This document shows, piece after piece, positions 1 through 12,326 of a stretch of DNA of 64,000 bases (within the stretch, counting starts at the first letter, position 1; every line of letters starts with the position of its first letter). A program made the position numbers and the translations under genes. Origin of the DNA: Balanoglossus misakiensis (lineage: Eukaryota; Animalia; Hemichordata); NCBI GenBank assembly GCA_040954595.2, contig CM082583.2, positions 11,506,536 through 11,570,535 on the forward strand, given 5' to 3'. The notes under the pieces are model-generated. The model made no database searches. It had not been told where the DNA came from and worked only from the letters and a program-made list of their open reading frames with translations.

Positions 1-1499
1 AAATGATTAAGGGGATAAAAAGTCTCGATGAGAGATGGACAATGTCAAGAATCTCTGAAGTATGATAATTAGCTTTCTCGGGCAGATGTTTTGATTTCAG
101 TAAGAATGTGGAGCTGACCAAAAGTCAGCAAGTGTTGCATAGTGGAGATATCTCTTGCGGTCTTGATATCATATACCGACCACAGCTGGGACTGAATTAA
201 CTGCATTACTACAGTCGTTTGATGCAGCAATATTAAATTCCCATTCTGTATTACATCATCAAACACAAATTTTCCTTCTTTGATGAAGACGTACATAAAG
301 ACAGGCATATTTTACGTGTGTTGAATTAATTTTTAATGGCTGGGCCTGCATAGCTGGAGGTCATTGAACTCATTCATTATCTCAACTCGAGGATCAACCC
401 GATTCATCATGATCACTCAAAAGTTCAACATGCTATTTTCATTATCAGCAATATATAATGTTGACACAGGAAGGATTGGCACCATGCAGCTATAATAATG
501 ACTCCAATTTATCCATCTCCGATTATGTAGGAACAGTAACATGATATTTCCACATTCCCTCCCCTTGTTGGGCAAAAACCGTACTAATTTAACACCCCAG
601 ACAAGCTGGGCTCACCATCACACCATAAATTTCACATGCTATATAGTCTGTTTTACTTCAGGATATGCAAGTGTGTAGGCGAGTCTTGAAATGTCAGTTA
701 CTTTATTCTCCCACACACTCGAATAATACCTTTCTTATAATTAAATCAACTGTGGTCGTCATACTGACAGTAATTCTAATCAGAAAGGTTTCTTCCTTGA
801 AACATTCCCCAAAGTATTCTTTATCATTTCCTTGAGTCATATTTGATGGTCCCCAAGGTATAAAATAGAATTAGTCAAATGACACAAAATGAAACATGGT
901 AACATTTATTATGTTCTCTGAATACAATTCCATTTTATTTTAAATCTTAGCATGACAGAGACTTTAATAACAGCACAATAAAATCTCTTAGCACAAACAA
1001 TATATCAACCAGGAATTTAGTGGGACAGTGTAAATAAATATTTCGGTTAAAATAAAATATAGGTAGAATATTTTGCTAAGTATAACATACAAAGTACACA
1101 GCATGAGAGTAGTTGGCACAGAAAAGGGCAAAATGGATGAACTTATTGCTGTATTTTAATGAATATACCATACAGTGATATTAAGTACACGATTGAGTCA
1201 CTTGATACTGTACTCAAATCAAATAAAAGCCTCTAAAATGTCACATGATATGGCATCAAACAGCCTAAAACGTGCAATAATTCTATAAGTACTGTAAAAG
1301 CAAGCACATAATTGACTGAATGCACACTGATCTTTAAAGCAATGAAACATTTCATTAAAATGTTCAAAAAATTATTATTCTATATGGTATATATCTTTGT
1401 AATTTTCATCGAAAGGAAGTCCATGCATCTTCCACAGAAGTCCTAGGCACAAAGAAAGGGCAGACAATGTTGACAGTTAGGAAAGCCAGAGGTCAGGCC

Positions 1500-3780
1500 C
1501 TAGCATTTATCATCAGACGGTTCGTGGAGCACTTTGTTTTCTAGCGCCTTTTTCAATCCGATGAAAAAGTCAATCATGGTGTTTGGCAGGGCTGTCTCCA
1601 CCAGCGTTCTTGGAAGCATTCCTTTCAGGTCAGACTGCAGATAGTTGATGACTTTGGTCTGCTTCTCCTCGCTGTAACAACAACAAAAGAAGAATTGTTT
1701 TTATGTGGGTTGAAGGTGGCAGTTTTGGGGGAAGGACATAAAGAAAGCATTGGGAAGAAGACTGAGTTTACTGATGCATGAAATCCCATCAATTGTATAG
1801 TTTATAAGCCTAGAGGAGGTTGGTGACTCCATGACCTTTTTAACAGACTGATTCTGAGAATAGAAAGTTCAAAGATCAACTCAGGTCAAGCTGTGTGAAG
1901 GTAATCCCCGGGATCCATTTCAAAAAGTCCTCCTGGAATACAGGATAGAAAACACTGAATGTGAAAACTTGACAGCCTGTATTTGATAAGATGTAGAAGA
2001 GAATTTATTTTCCCAACAAAATTCACTCACCCTTCAATAGAAACACAGAAAGTGCCACCAGGATGATTAAAAGCCCTGACTGCGTTGTCTGTGGGAGGAC
2101 ATTTTGGATGTTCCACTCCCACTGAATTGGTGCAGACAATCTTGCCATCCTCTAAGTGTTTTATCAGAACGGCGTCAATAAAATCTCGTGAAGATATGAC
2201 ACCCATGGCTGAGCTATGTGTCTGGGAATGTACTACGAAAAAGTCCTGCATAGGAAAAGAAGTTAGGGTATAGTTTACTGTTGGTATTCTCATGGAAGAT
2301 GTCATTTCATTTCTCATCATTATACTCTACTGTCGCAGGATATGATTTACCGGGTTGATTGCCACAAGACTTACAATCTAATTTAAAACATGACTCTACC
2401 TCTTCAGTAGATTCTAAGATCTCAGAGGCTTTAATAGCCTTGTCCCATTTCTCTCGAACACCCAGTGGAGTTGGTATTACATATTTAATAATCTCATCAG
2501 GAGTGCCATCCAATATACATTCAGCCTTGTATCTGAAAGAGAAAGTGTTTTTTTGGTATTAAACAGAAGTAGCTTACAGTAACAAAAATCATTTATATAC
2601 ATAATTTTTTTTTGCGTAAAGCAAGTTGGACAAACACCGTAAAAGCCAGGCCAGTTTATACAAGATACATTAAAGTATACTCACATGTGGCCATCAAATT
2701 CTGCTGACTTCTTGTAGGAAACAGTTACTTCTTTCTAATCAGATGTGAACAAAAAACAAAAATCCGTATAAAGTAAACTGAAAAAAACCAACATTTTTGA
2801 TGGAATGCAACACACAAAAATCACAATCATAACTACGACTACTTCAACTGGCATCACTATTTTTTGAGAAATTCCTTGGTTACGATTATACAAAACATCA
2901 CACACAATAATCCACAGAATGAAAGCTTTTGGTTCATAAAAGCGAAGGCAATGCAGGAGAAGTCTATGAAATACTAGTAGTTTAGCATATCCGTTGCGGC
3001 TGAAACAGAATTCAACGAGAATTCAAAGGCTAAGCAATTGGAATGCCAGTCACATAGCTATCACAACTTCACTTCTTGGGTGTCAACTTGTACCGGACTG
3101 CTTTCAAAACTAACAATTGTTGTACAGCTGGACAGAAACACTAAATAAACCTTACGCCTGAACTTTGCACTCTGCACTGAAAGGATTTCTATTCATGGGG
3201 TATTGTGTACCTTTCACTGGTAATTGGATATCTCCATCCTGTACACACAACATATCTCCCTGAAATTTTAACCATTATTATGACGAAATATACATTTATT
3301 AAAGTTTATCCTAGGACGCCACGAAACCGGACAATCCTCTTACCTCATAGTTCCCAGTTGATACTTCTTGCTGCATTTGTCAGTGGAAGACAAATTAAGC
3401 AACAAAACATGTCACACACAAAAGCAAACTTTTTGCTGAGACATAAATCCTCAAGACAAGCAATTATTGATGAGAAATATTAAAATATTCACGAAGAGAG
3501 CAGTAATCCTTTCTATTTGATTTCTCCTCCATTTTCAGTGTGTTCCAGTGACTGATTTCAACTAGGATCGAAAATATGCAGCAGTATTAGTCACATGCAT
3601 TCAATAATATGGGCTTTTGACTGTAGCTGTATTGACTCCAACAAAACGGTCCTGTTCTTTGCGAAGGGGCCCGTGGGTATTTGCAGTACTTACAGACACT
3701 TTTGAGACAGTCCAATCTGTATCTTTGTAATAAACCATCAATTTCTCGCTTGCTTTCTCCGCTTCGGCACGATAATCCAT
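1500..3780 (-). CDS. STARD5: START-domain lipid/sterol transfer protein, STARD4/5/6 subfamily (218 aa, 5 exons)
   Basis: Exons 3780-3694, 2734-2685, 2532-2400, 2245-2031, 1671-1500, all GT-AG, total 657 nt, open frame. MDYRAEAEKASEKLMVYYKDTDW...KWDKAIK...ISSRDFID...VEHPKCPP...VRAFNHPGG...QSDLKGMLP matches STARD5/6 motifs as I recall them (ISPRDFVD, VEHPLCPP, VRGFNHPCG, TDLSGYLP). Probably a pro-orthologue of STARD5/STARD6. Confidence 0.9.
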
Positions 3781-4316
3781 CTTTTGACCAGTTGTACAAC
3801 ACTTTCGCTCTCTTCCTCGTCACCGGTCTGCGCGATGCGGATCTCAATGGAGCATCGACTCGCCGCTTTCCGATCTTGCGCTTTGTAGCGATATATAACT
3901 GTTCGCTTGGACCTTAACATAATGTATTTAAATTCCCATTTCGTCATAATGCCATTATTGTTCCTAATGCGAGTCAATGACCTAAACGTACGCAAAATAA
4001 TTTATACACCCCCATCATCGATCGACTCGATCGTGCTCATTCAGTACATTAGAACAGCGCCGCCATCGACGACGGGAGCGTTTACAAATGCCGTAAAGCA
4101 GTTATTTGTAATTAACCCACATATTTAGTAGTATCAGTAACTAGATTTTAAAATACAATACCCATCATAATCGCGTACCTCTATGAACTGTATTCTTTTC
4201 AGTTACTGCCAAATTAGCGTCTTATTTATGTTAAATGAACATTTTCAAGCATGTCGCAAGTGTCGTAAAATGATTAACGCAGCCGTGGCAGATCACAGCC
4301 CGGAAACGGTGTCAAT
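3781..4316. promoter_or_regulatory. Bidirectional promoter region shared by STARD5-like and IER3IP1
   Basis: Divergent start codons 536 bp apart; locally CpG-rich; ETS-like CCGGAA near 4300. Confidence 0.55.
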
Positions 4317-4885
4317 ATGGCTTTCACGATATACTCCTTATTTGAAGCGATTCTACTACTCATAAATGCCATAGCCATTCTCCACGAAGAGCGTTTCTTA
4401 AACAAAGGTAAGCTGTAGTTACTCTTGCAACTGAAACGTCCAACATGCCTATTCGATGGTGCATATGAACATGATGAACGAAATTGATTCGGTTGTTGAT
4501 TGCAATCTGTATGCTAATGGCTTACACTGGTGGTGTATATTTCAAACGATTGACTTTGTTTTTCTGTCTCCTGGATTTGTGTTTAGTTGGATGGGGATCA
4601 GAGCACAGTGTCGGTGGTTTTGGTGAAGACCCTGGTATGAAAGCACAAATTATCAACCTTATACGATCTGTCAGGACTGTTATGAGGAGTAAGTTGAAAT
4701 CTTATTGTGGAGCACATTTGCTTGCTTATTCTGACAGTATTTTGACTTGAAATATCTTGATTGATTCTATTCTTTCCTTTGTGTCTTATGGATCGACTTA
4801 TGCCTTTGTTTTGTTTGGCGTCTTTTCAGTTCCGCTTATAATATTGAACACAGTGACGATAGTGTTGGAAGTTCTGTTAGGATAG
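4317..4885 (+). CDS. IER3IP1: Immediate early response 3-interacting protein 1 (Yos1 family), 82 aa, 3 exons
   Basis: Exons 4317-4407, 4587-4688, 4830-4885 (249 nt, GT-AG): MAFTIYSLFEAILLLINAIAILHEERFLNKVGWGSEHSVGGFGEDPGMKAQIINLIRSVRTVMRIPLIILNTVTIVLEVLLG. Near-diagnostic HEERFL, GFGE.PG and NLIRSVRTVMR motifs. Confidence 0.96.
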
Positions 4886-5897
4886 ATGTTTACCAAAAGT
4901 CACACAATTCCAAGACCACATGCCACTGCTGATGAGAGGTCATTGAAGTCTAAACTGGATGTATGGGACCACTGAAATACAAGTGCCCCTGGGACGGAAA
5001 CAACTGAGGGGATACTTTGATGTCCACTTCAGGATAATCAGGAATACTCTTTAAGGTGTGCAATGTCCAAGAACTGTTGTTGGACCACATGCTGTGGTTT
5101 CCCAATATCCAGAACCAAATTCTATGCATAATGTCATCTGTCTCAATTTCGCATTCTTCATTTATATTGTTAGGCATATATATTTACATTAACATTTGAA
5201 ACTGAAGGAAGTAGCGGGTGGGGTTTATTATCTGAAATGTGACATCATCACAAAATCAGAATATTCTAAACATATTGGCAACAGTAGCATAATTTGAATG
5301 TAGTAAACAGATAAACCACAATTCACAAATCCAATGAATGTATATGATGCAGATGTTTATTACTAATAATTCACATCAAGTGCACCAGGTTGTTGACCTT
5401 GGTGAAAGGCAGAAAGAACATTTGGTTCAATACAAGAAAAATCACTTGGCTGAAGCTGGTTAAAGGAATACAAGTCTCACTTTCTATGCTGAAATAGCAT
5501 GCTATAATCGCAAGATATAGGAAACTTTGTCTTTGGCAGCTGTAGCATAAAGTATAGACTTTGCAATACAGACTGACATTATTCAGAAAGGATAACATCA
5601 AGGTTGTTCACAGTAACAAGTATTCTCAAGGTCCACTGTGATTTTATTTTTCCAACTTTGAAAGATGGACCAGTGGCATGGCAATTTTTTCAAGATGTTC
5701 ACCGTGCACTGCAGCGACAAGTCAAATATCTCCAGTTATTTCTCCCCAAACTAAAAGCACATCCTAGTATGCAGGATTAGACGTTTCAAGATTTGCAAGA
5801 CAGAAAGTCACAAAGACTGGACAGGAATAATTGTAGCGAATTCTAAAACAACAGTTATTAGTGTAAATGTGATTTCAACTGACAGCAACTGGACAAG

Positions 5898-8896
5898 CTA
5901 AGAATCATTGTGATCGATAATTTCTATGTCAATGCCAGAGTGGGTGCTTTCATTGTCTCCATGGCTTTCTTCGATGTCATCACCATCATCGTCACTGTCA
6001 TCATCATCATCATTGAAATCACCATACTCATCAAAATTTATGCCGTCAAGATCCATGTCCGGTACCTACATACAATACAAATGTAGACACCAACATGGGG
6101 TAGTGAGCAAGAGATACTAGGCGAGGGTTAGTAGATTACGTATTAAGATTGCCTTGCATGTTTAGCTTAGAGTTTTAAAATAAGTTTTAAGAAGATAATG
6201 AAGAGAGAGTGTGTACAGAATGAATGTGAAAATGCTATGTTATGAGAAAAAGAGTCTCTACAATCATACTAATGTATATAGTTGCTACATTTACACTGAT
6301 TATCAACTACACACATGCACACTAGGGTCTACAAACAACATATTTTTTATTTATCAATGTAATTCCTTTTTTTATTGCTACATCATAAGCGTTCAAAGCC
6401 ACTGGTCTGTCCGTTTTATTATTCTAACTTTTTGAAACCGTAGTCATCGCTATGAAACTCATCATCTATATCTACGCCATCACTATCGCTATCGCATTTG
6501 CTATCAAACTCTTCCAAAACAGCAGCAGGACTAGCATTGGCATCGAGCTCGGCGACATTTTCGTCGGAACTGGGCGAGCTAGTCTCCAAATCTTGCATTA
6601 TAATATTCTCCTCTTTTGCAACTCGACCCACCTAAAAATAAGAGTTCGGGAAACATGCAGAAATGAAGGTAACAGGTTTGGTGTCAGGCATGCAATGCTA
6701 GTGAATGATCCATATCACCTAGAAACAATCCCCAAAGCCATAAGCCACAAATTACAAGCCAATGAAAACTCTAAACCACACCACCAAACAGTTACATCTT
6801 AAAGTAGGGAAGCGACACAAAATACATAATGCTCACAAGGAAGGGATACGAATAAGAACATAAAGAATAGACAGACATGGGTCTCTGGTTTGGCTGGTCC
6901 CATTCCATACTTGGTGAATGTGTGTGTGTGTTATGGCCACTGATATTTTTTTGGTAGGGTAAATGATTTGGAGCATCTATGGATGAAGAATGCGCAGAGT
7001 CTTAAGTCATTAATTTCTGAGGTGTCTTTGATGTTAAGTTGACACGTACCATCCACTGTACTGCACTTGAACTGACAACATAGTCGGTCAATGACACCAT
7101 AGCTTCTGAAACTCTGTTTAGTTTCTCTTGCGCTTGGTTCAGTAGATTTGCTGGCATGTCGTTCAACACCTTTGCCTGTTTAGCAGAAAAAAAGTATTAA
7201 AAGTAACATCTGGTGCATAATTTTTGTTTTAAAGACCAGGTTGTATTTTGTATAGGTGGCTGTATGCCATTCATAAAGAAAGCCTATGAACTTACATTTT
7301 TGAATGATTCATACACTTCATCAGCCATCTCCTTAGCTTTAGTGGCCTGCAATACAACACTCTCAGGCAGCACCTGGGCACCGGAGGCAACCACTTTACC
7401 ACACGCCACCTTCAGTCTCTTGGCCAGATTGCGGGCTACAGCCACAGTTTTGTTGTCGGAGGACTGGAGAAGAGAAGAAACGAAAGATTTTCATATATAC
7501 AGACAAACGCCAAGGTCCACAAATGCATGCACATGATTTGTCATGTAAAACACACCTCAACTGCTTCCTCTTCTGCGACTGCCTCTTCTCCCTCCTCAGC
7601 CTCCGTGGTCCACTCATTCCAGGTGCTCCATAGTTTCTCCTGGGCGTCGCTCACTTTTTCCTTCACTTTCTGATTGGTGGAATCAATGTTGCTCCTGGCG
7701 TACGCAATCTGTGGAGATTCAAAGAATAAGATTGTCGTTAGATGCATTGCTTCTTCATCTGCAAGCCACAGCTGTAAAACGAACTCACAAGAGAAAAGTA
7801 CTAACCAAATCGACGGTGTAATGCAATTTTTCCACAGTTTCTTGGCTGCGACGCTGGGCAGTCTGAAGCTTTGTCATGGCCCGCTTGTACACCCTCTGAC
7901 GGACTTTTCCAGACAGGCTCACCACACGATCAACAGATGTCCATGACATCTCTTCCTTCTCCTGATCAGTTTTCTCTTCTTCCACCTTTGCTGCATTTTC
8001 CTCTGTTGAGCGAGGATGAGGAAGAGAGCAAGTTAGAATCTTGGACAGGGTTTTTATATTTTATGAAAAGTGCTACAGAAACTACCTCCACAATATAAAT
8101 GCCCCTCAATTATTACCTCGTTCCTGATCATCAGGAGGCAGACAGCGGTCAACCACCATCTCTGAAAGGGCCAGAGAGACGTCCACACCAGCACAGACGG
8201 CCTGACCGACTCTTGTCTTGGCAACAGAGTCAACAGTCTGGAAGCCCACAGCCTTGGTGCCATCCCAAACGCGTTTAGTTCCATCAACCACGTTGCTGTA
8301 GATCTGCCAAGTATATGTGACAAAACATACAGTGAATACCAGATAAATTTCATAATATGAAGAAATGAACGTTTTCATAATTTTAAACATGCTTATTTGG
8401 GGGGTTAAAGAGTTTCTCTAAACCAAAAGAAGACTTGTATTGTAAAACAACTGTACCTTCTCTGGGGGCAAGGTAATCGCAGGACAGGCTTCTTCCAGTT
8501 TGTCCATCTGATTACAAGCAAAGTCATTGGCGTAGGTGACTGGAAAAATCAAGAGTTGGAGGTTATAACGGTTGTCATCATGAATAATCAAATCTTACGT
8601 TTGATTCAATGCAAAAAAAAGAGACATTAGACTGATATTTGTAGCATAAACTTACTTTGCTTTTCAAACTTGTTGACCACTGGTTGAGCAGTGTTGGCCA
8701 CCGTGCCGACAGATTTCTCAGCAACCTCAAAAGTGTACTTCAACAATCCATTGTACTCCTTGGTCTTGGTGTAGATGTTGCTCACTTGTCCAATAGCGGA
8801 GTTGACCACTGGCAGTCCCGCAACTCGGCTGATAATATTCTCCTTGTTCTCCGGCATCTCAGCAGCCACATCCATAACTTCCTTATCGACTTCCAT
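5898..8896 (-). CDS. Perilipin family lipid-droplet coat protein (PLIN2/3-like), short isoform, 440 or 455 aa depending on last exon
   Basis: Exons 8896-8656, 8539-8457, 8303-8117, 8002-7806, 7708-7556, 7463-7296, 7175-7050, then 6631-6419 or 6065-5898; phases consistent. PAT domain ENIISRVAGLPVVNSA...YTKTKE...AEKSV...ANDFACNQMDKLEE..P; SEMVVDRCLP; LSGKVRQRVYKRA; C-terminal QWMV. Confidence 0.92.
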
Positions 8897-9563
8897 GTCG
8901 GTGTCTACAGGTTCAATAACTGAAATATAACAGAGTATACATGAGCACAGAATTCAGAAGACCTTCAAGGGGTGAGGCTAAATGAAGGACTGGGCTAAAT
9001 CGGCATAGTGTGCATGCACTGACTTGGATAATTTGACCCCATAGCATAAGTGTGTCACAGATATGTTCCTATCTGTAGTCCAAGGGTGGATCAATGACCA
9101 GCCACATTATCTATGAGGTAACTGACCTGTCCATATCTGGAATTAGCCTAGTTAAATAAAGGAAGCGTGTAAATTCGGTCATTTACTCATTTCGATCGCG
9201 ACCCGTAGCTCTTTTCGTGACGTGTTCACCCAATGTACATTACGATGACGCAATAGTTTGGGAGGGGAATTTCCAAAATTCAACAAGATCGCTCAGCTAC
9301 ATTTTCCGTAGTATTTTGCCAAAGATGCTCGAGAAGCAGTAGAATTTATAGATTAATATTAAACTACTGATACTGAAATGTAAAACCCAGATAGAATGAA
9401 GTTATACGTCGAAACTGTTCAAAAAAATGTAACTTCCGCATAAATCACACGTACGAACAATCGCGCTACCGTCGACGGGCCACTCGCATTACTAGTAATA
9501 CGCACACTAATCTTGACAAAGAATAAGATCAGTTTGGACTGTTGAAAAGTGTCGAAACCCTAC

Positions 9564-9630
9564 CTTTCGTGTCTTCTGAAAATAACGACTTTAGTTTGTG
9601 TACGACGAAGATGATCGCAATACTGTAAGT
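9564..9630 (-). other. Probable non-coding first exon of the short perilipin isoform
   Basis: AAG|GTAGGG donor at 9563 followed upstream by a CpG-rich promoter-like stretch (CACGTG, CCAAT motifs at 9670-9750); no in-frame ATG. The upstream boundary is a guess. Confidence 0.5.
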
Positions 9631-10041
9631 GCCGATTTGCACGTCTTGCACTATTATACACTTCTGTCACGGTCACGTGAAAATTGTGACGTCGTTTGTA
9701 ACCAATCGTATGTCAGCTTTTATGAGAACTAGGCATAGGCCAATCAGAAAGACGTTTTGTTATATCAAGCAGATAAAGGTCAACGTTCGCATGCACTACC
9801 CACCACGCGGGTTCACAGGAGGGTCACATGTCACCTGTCATAAGATTATATTTTTGGTAGGAAAGCCAGTCCAACTACAACCATGGAAGTTTTCAGCGCA
9901 GGGTGGGAGAACATTAACCAAGTGATAGCCTGTGTTTTAGTTATCGGGTTCTCCTCTCATAGAACTTCTGAAAAATATTCTGAGAGAAATAGTGTTGATC
10001 AGAGAGAAGGGCCAAAGTACGAAAAATGACCAGCCTCTTAC

Positions 10042-10579
10042 CATCCAGTCCAACATCTTTGGTTGGTGGCCTGACACAGGAACAATGAGTGCATTGCGAA
10101 TCGGTCATTGTACTTTGGTTCATCAAATATGGACTTTGGTCATCTCCGGCCAGTTGGTCCACCACGTGGTCGTCAAGCGGCGGCTGACACGCAACTAGGT
10201 CGTCGGGCACGTACACGAAATCAGACATGACGTCAGTCAGATCTCCTACGAGCTGCAAGCCACTGTGATCCGACGACGCGTCGCCTGGGAAACAGGGGAT
10301 GTTGTCATCAATGAAGAATTCGTCGACGTCTTCTTCTGGACGGACACGTCGCTTCGAACCATTTCCTTTAGTCGAACTACCGGCAGCTTTACTGTTTCCG
10401 TTCCTATTTTCGCCTGGCTTGCATTTCTTCTGAGTGGAGACAGGCCGCTGATTATTTCGACCCACTTTCTTGTCCGGTGACTGCGATTTTCTCGGGGCCT
10501 GGGGACGCTTCTTTGTGACAGAACTCGCGGTCGCACCACTTTCTTTAATTTGCGGTGATTTGACCACCTGTTTCGACAT
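10042..10579 (-). CDS. Probable alternative coding first exon of perilipin (179-aa basic/acidic disordered extension)
   Basis: ATG at 10579 inside the 216-aa ORF; G|GTAAGA donor after 10042 gives 538 nt (phase 1), in frame with the perilipin acceptor at 8919 (G|TT ATT GAA CCT GTA GAC ACC GAC ATG). Confidence 0.6.
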
Positions 10580-10743
10580 TTTCTCGTCCACCGAGTCTGG
10601 TAGTTTTCATCAGACGTAAATCTTTATGAATTGTCACAGTAATTCACTTTACTTATTCTCTTGATATAAGGCGAAAATTACAACTCCTGAAAGTGAAAGA
10701 ATCCGACACACGGAATTATAAATAGCACGCACCTGACACTAAC

Positions 10744-11308
10744 TGTCGAGATTTTTCCTTCGTCGTTATTATTACGTTGAGACTGGTCAGGTGATCAGTA
10801 AGGGTAACGACCTTACACCCGAGTGACAGAGCGCACGAGGACAAAATAATAAAGTGTAGAAGCCAACGTGGCGTATTTATTAACTGAACACGAAAAATTA
10901 TCAACAATACTGCGTAAAAATGAAGAGCTGTACCTTCTTTGCTGTTGCTGGTGTGGCCTCGATAAGAAAAACCCCTTGAGCGACCCCGTTTTAAAGAGAA
11001 TCGCTACTTATATACCCTCGGGTCGGATTCAAAATCAGAAAAGCTAATTTGCATATCGGACGTCGGAGAAAGCACCTAAAATCTACATATCATGTCGGCT
11101 TCAAGCCAAGAAAAGTAGCTAAATAAATGATTGACAGCTGTCGCTCGAAATCGTCGTTGCTAGACAACCAAAGGCAAACATTGAATGAAAACTGAACGTG
11201 CGTACTAACAGGCTAATCGGTTTTGGCGCGTGTGCCGCGCCTGCTGAGTAATTACAAAAACCGCAAAGGCATTCAGAAACGTAAAATGGACCTCGTTAAA
11301 CCTCTACA
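10744..11308 (-). repeat. 3' LTR
   Basis: Identical by eye to 18543-19107; minus strand TGTAGAGG...TCTCGACA; TATATAA at 11014-11008; AATAAA near 10881-10876. Confidence 0.97.
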
Positions 11309-11320
11309 TTACCCCCCTCT
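11309..11320 (-). other. Polypurine tract
   Basis: Minus-strand AGAGGGGGGTAA directly abutting the 3' LTR. Confidence 0.85.
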
Positions 11321-11462
11321 AAGACAATAAAGTTCCGACTATTGTACAAGAAAAAGTTGAATCGCAAAAAATATTTCTAAGGGAAGGGACCCCCACCCCG
11401 TACAGCTTCACAATGAGAAAAATGCAGAAAATGTTCAAGAAAAAGAGTTCAATACAAAAATG

Positions 11463-12131
11463 TTACTCGTCGTCTCTCCCCGGCGTCCGCGGCGGCAGAT
11501 TCAAATTCTCTTCATCTTCTGGGCTCAGCTCTAATAGCTGTAGTCTGGGTCGACCGGCGGTGCTGGTTCTGGCCTGGCTGGTAGTTACCTTCTTTGCTGA
11601 TGGGGCTTCCCTCCTTCTCTTCTTGGTCTGGGTCCCCGGGGTGTTTGCAGGTGGCTTGTCGGTCCTTTGCTGAAGGACGACTGTACGGGCGCAGGAGGAG
11701 ACGGTCGGCGTCGCTGCCGCCGGCAGCTGCAGAACGGTCCCCGGCTCTACAGGTGGACCGGACGTTGTCGTTGATGCTGTGGTCGAATTCAGCAGATAGT
11801 AGGTCCGCTTGGTGTTGGTCTCCGCCTTGATTGTTCCATGGGAGTATATGCGGTGGGTGTGCGAATCCTCCACTCTCTCCACCCGATTGAAATCGATCGG
11901 GGCGAATACATCACCATGACGGACGGGTTGGGGTGTTGACGGTCGGCGCCGTGTGGAATCTGCGGGTGGGGCTGGATCTGCCTCGGCGACGGACACGGTA
12001 CTGGTAGCTACGCTGCCGGTGTTTCGGTTGGCGACGCACGGGTGTTCGTTGTACTCGAACGAGTGTTCGAATACGCATCCACACCTAATACAAATTCGTC
12101 TCCCTGCCTGATCTCGCCTGAAGGAGTTCAT
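11463..12131 (-). CDS. Accessory ORF3 of the Gypsy element (222 aa; C2HC-type zinc-finger-like N-terminus, basic NLS; not env)
   Basis: ATG-started open ORF in element sense between pol and PPT; CIRC-x12-H-x-C; KKRRR; no signal peptide or TM segment; TATAAATA ~75 bp upstream. Confidence 0.7.
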   Translation of the reverse strand: MNSFRRDQAGRRICIRCGCVFEHSFEYNEHPCVANRNTGSVATSTVSVAEADPAPPADSTRRRPSTPQPVRHGDVFAPIDFNRVERVEDSHTHRIYSHGTIKAETNTKRTYYLLNSTTASTTTSGPPVEPGTVLQLPAAATPTVSSCARTVVLQQRTDKPPANTPGTQTKKRRREAPSAKKVTTSQARTSTAGRPRLQLLELSPEDEENLNLPPRTPGRDDE

Positions 12132-12204
12132 CTCTTGTAGTTTAGTGGTTTCTGCGCTGATCGGACCGGGTGAGAAGAGCGACGTTCCCGGCTCATTGTT
12201 GCCC

Positions 12205-12326
12205 TATTTATACTGTTCTCAACGTAGCGAACCAAGCTTGGTCCAACCCCCCTAAAATTAACCGTGACGGAACGGAGGATTGCCGTTGGTCGTCTAAGAA
12301 ATCCACGCAAGTCGTGCACTGATTGG
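12205..12326 (-). promoter_or_regulatory. Putative internal Pol II promoter for ORF3
   Basis: Minus-strand TATAAATA at 12212-12205 and CCAAT at 12326-12322. Confidence 0.5.

Noticed and set aside
10300-10345. FFAT motif in EEDVDEFFIDD
   Set aside because: Core positions 4-5 (I, D) deviate from EFFDAxE; too weak to call.
11463-12131. ORF3 as an envelope gene
   Set aside because: No signal peptide, furin/fusion-peptide layout or TM anchor, and too short.
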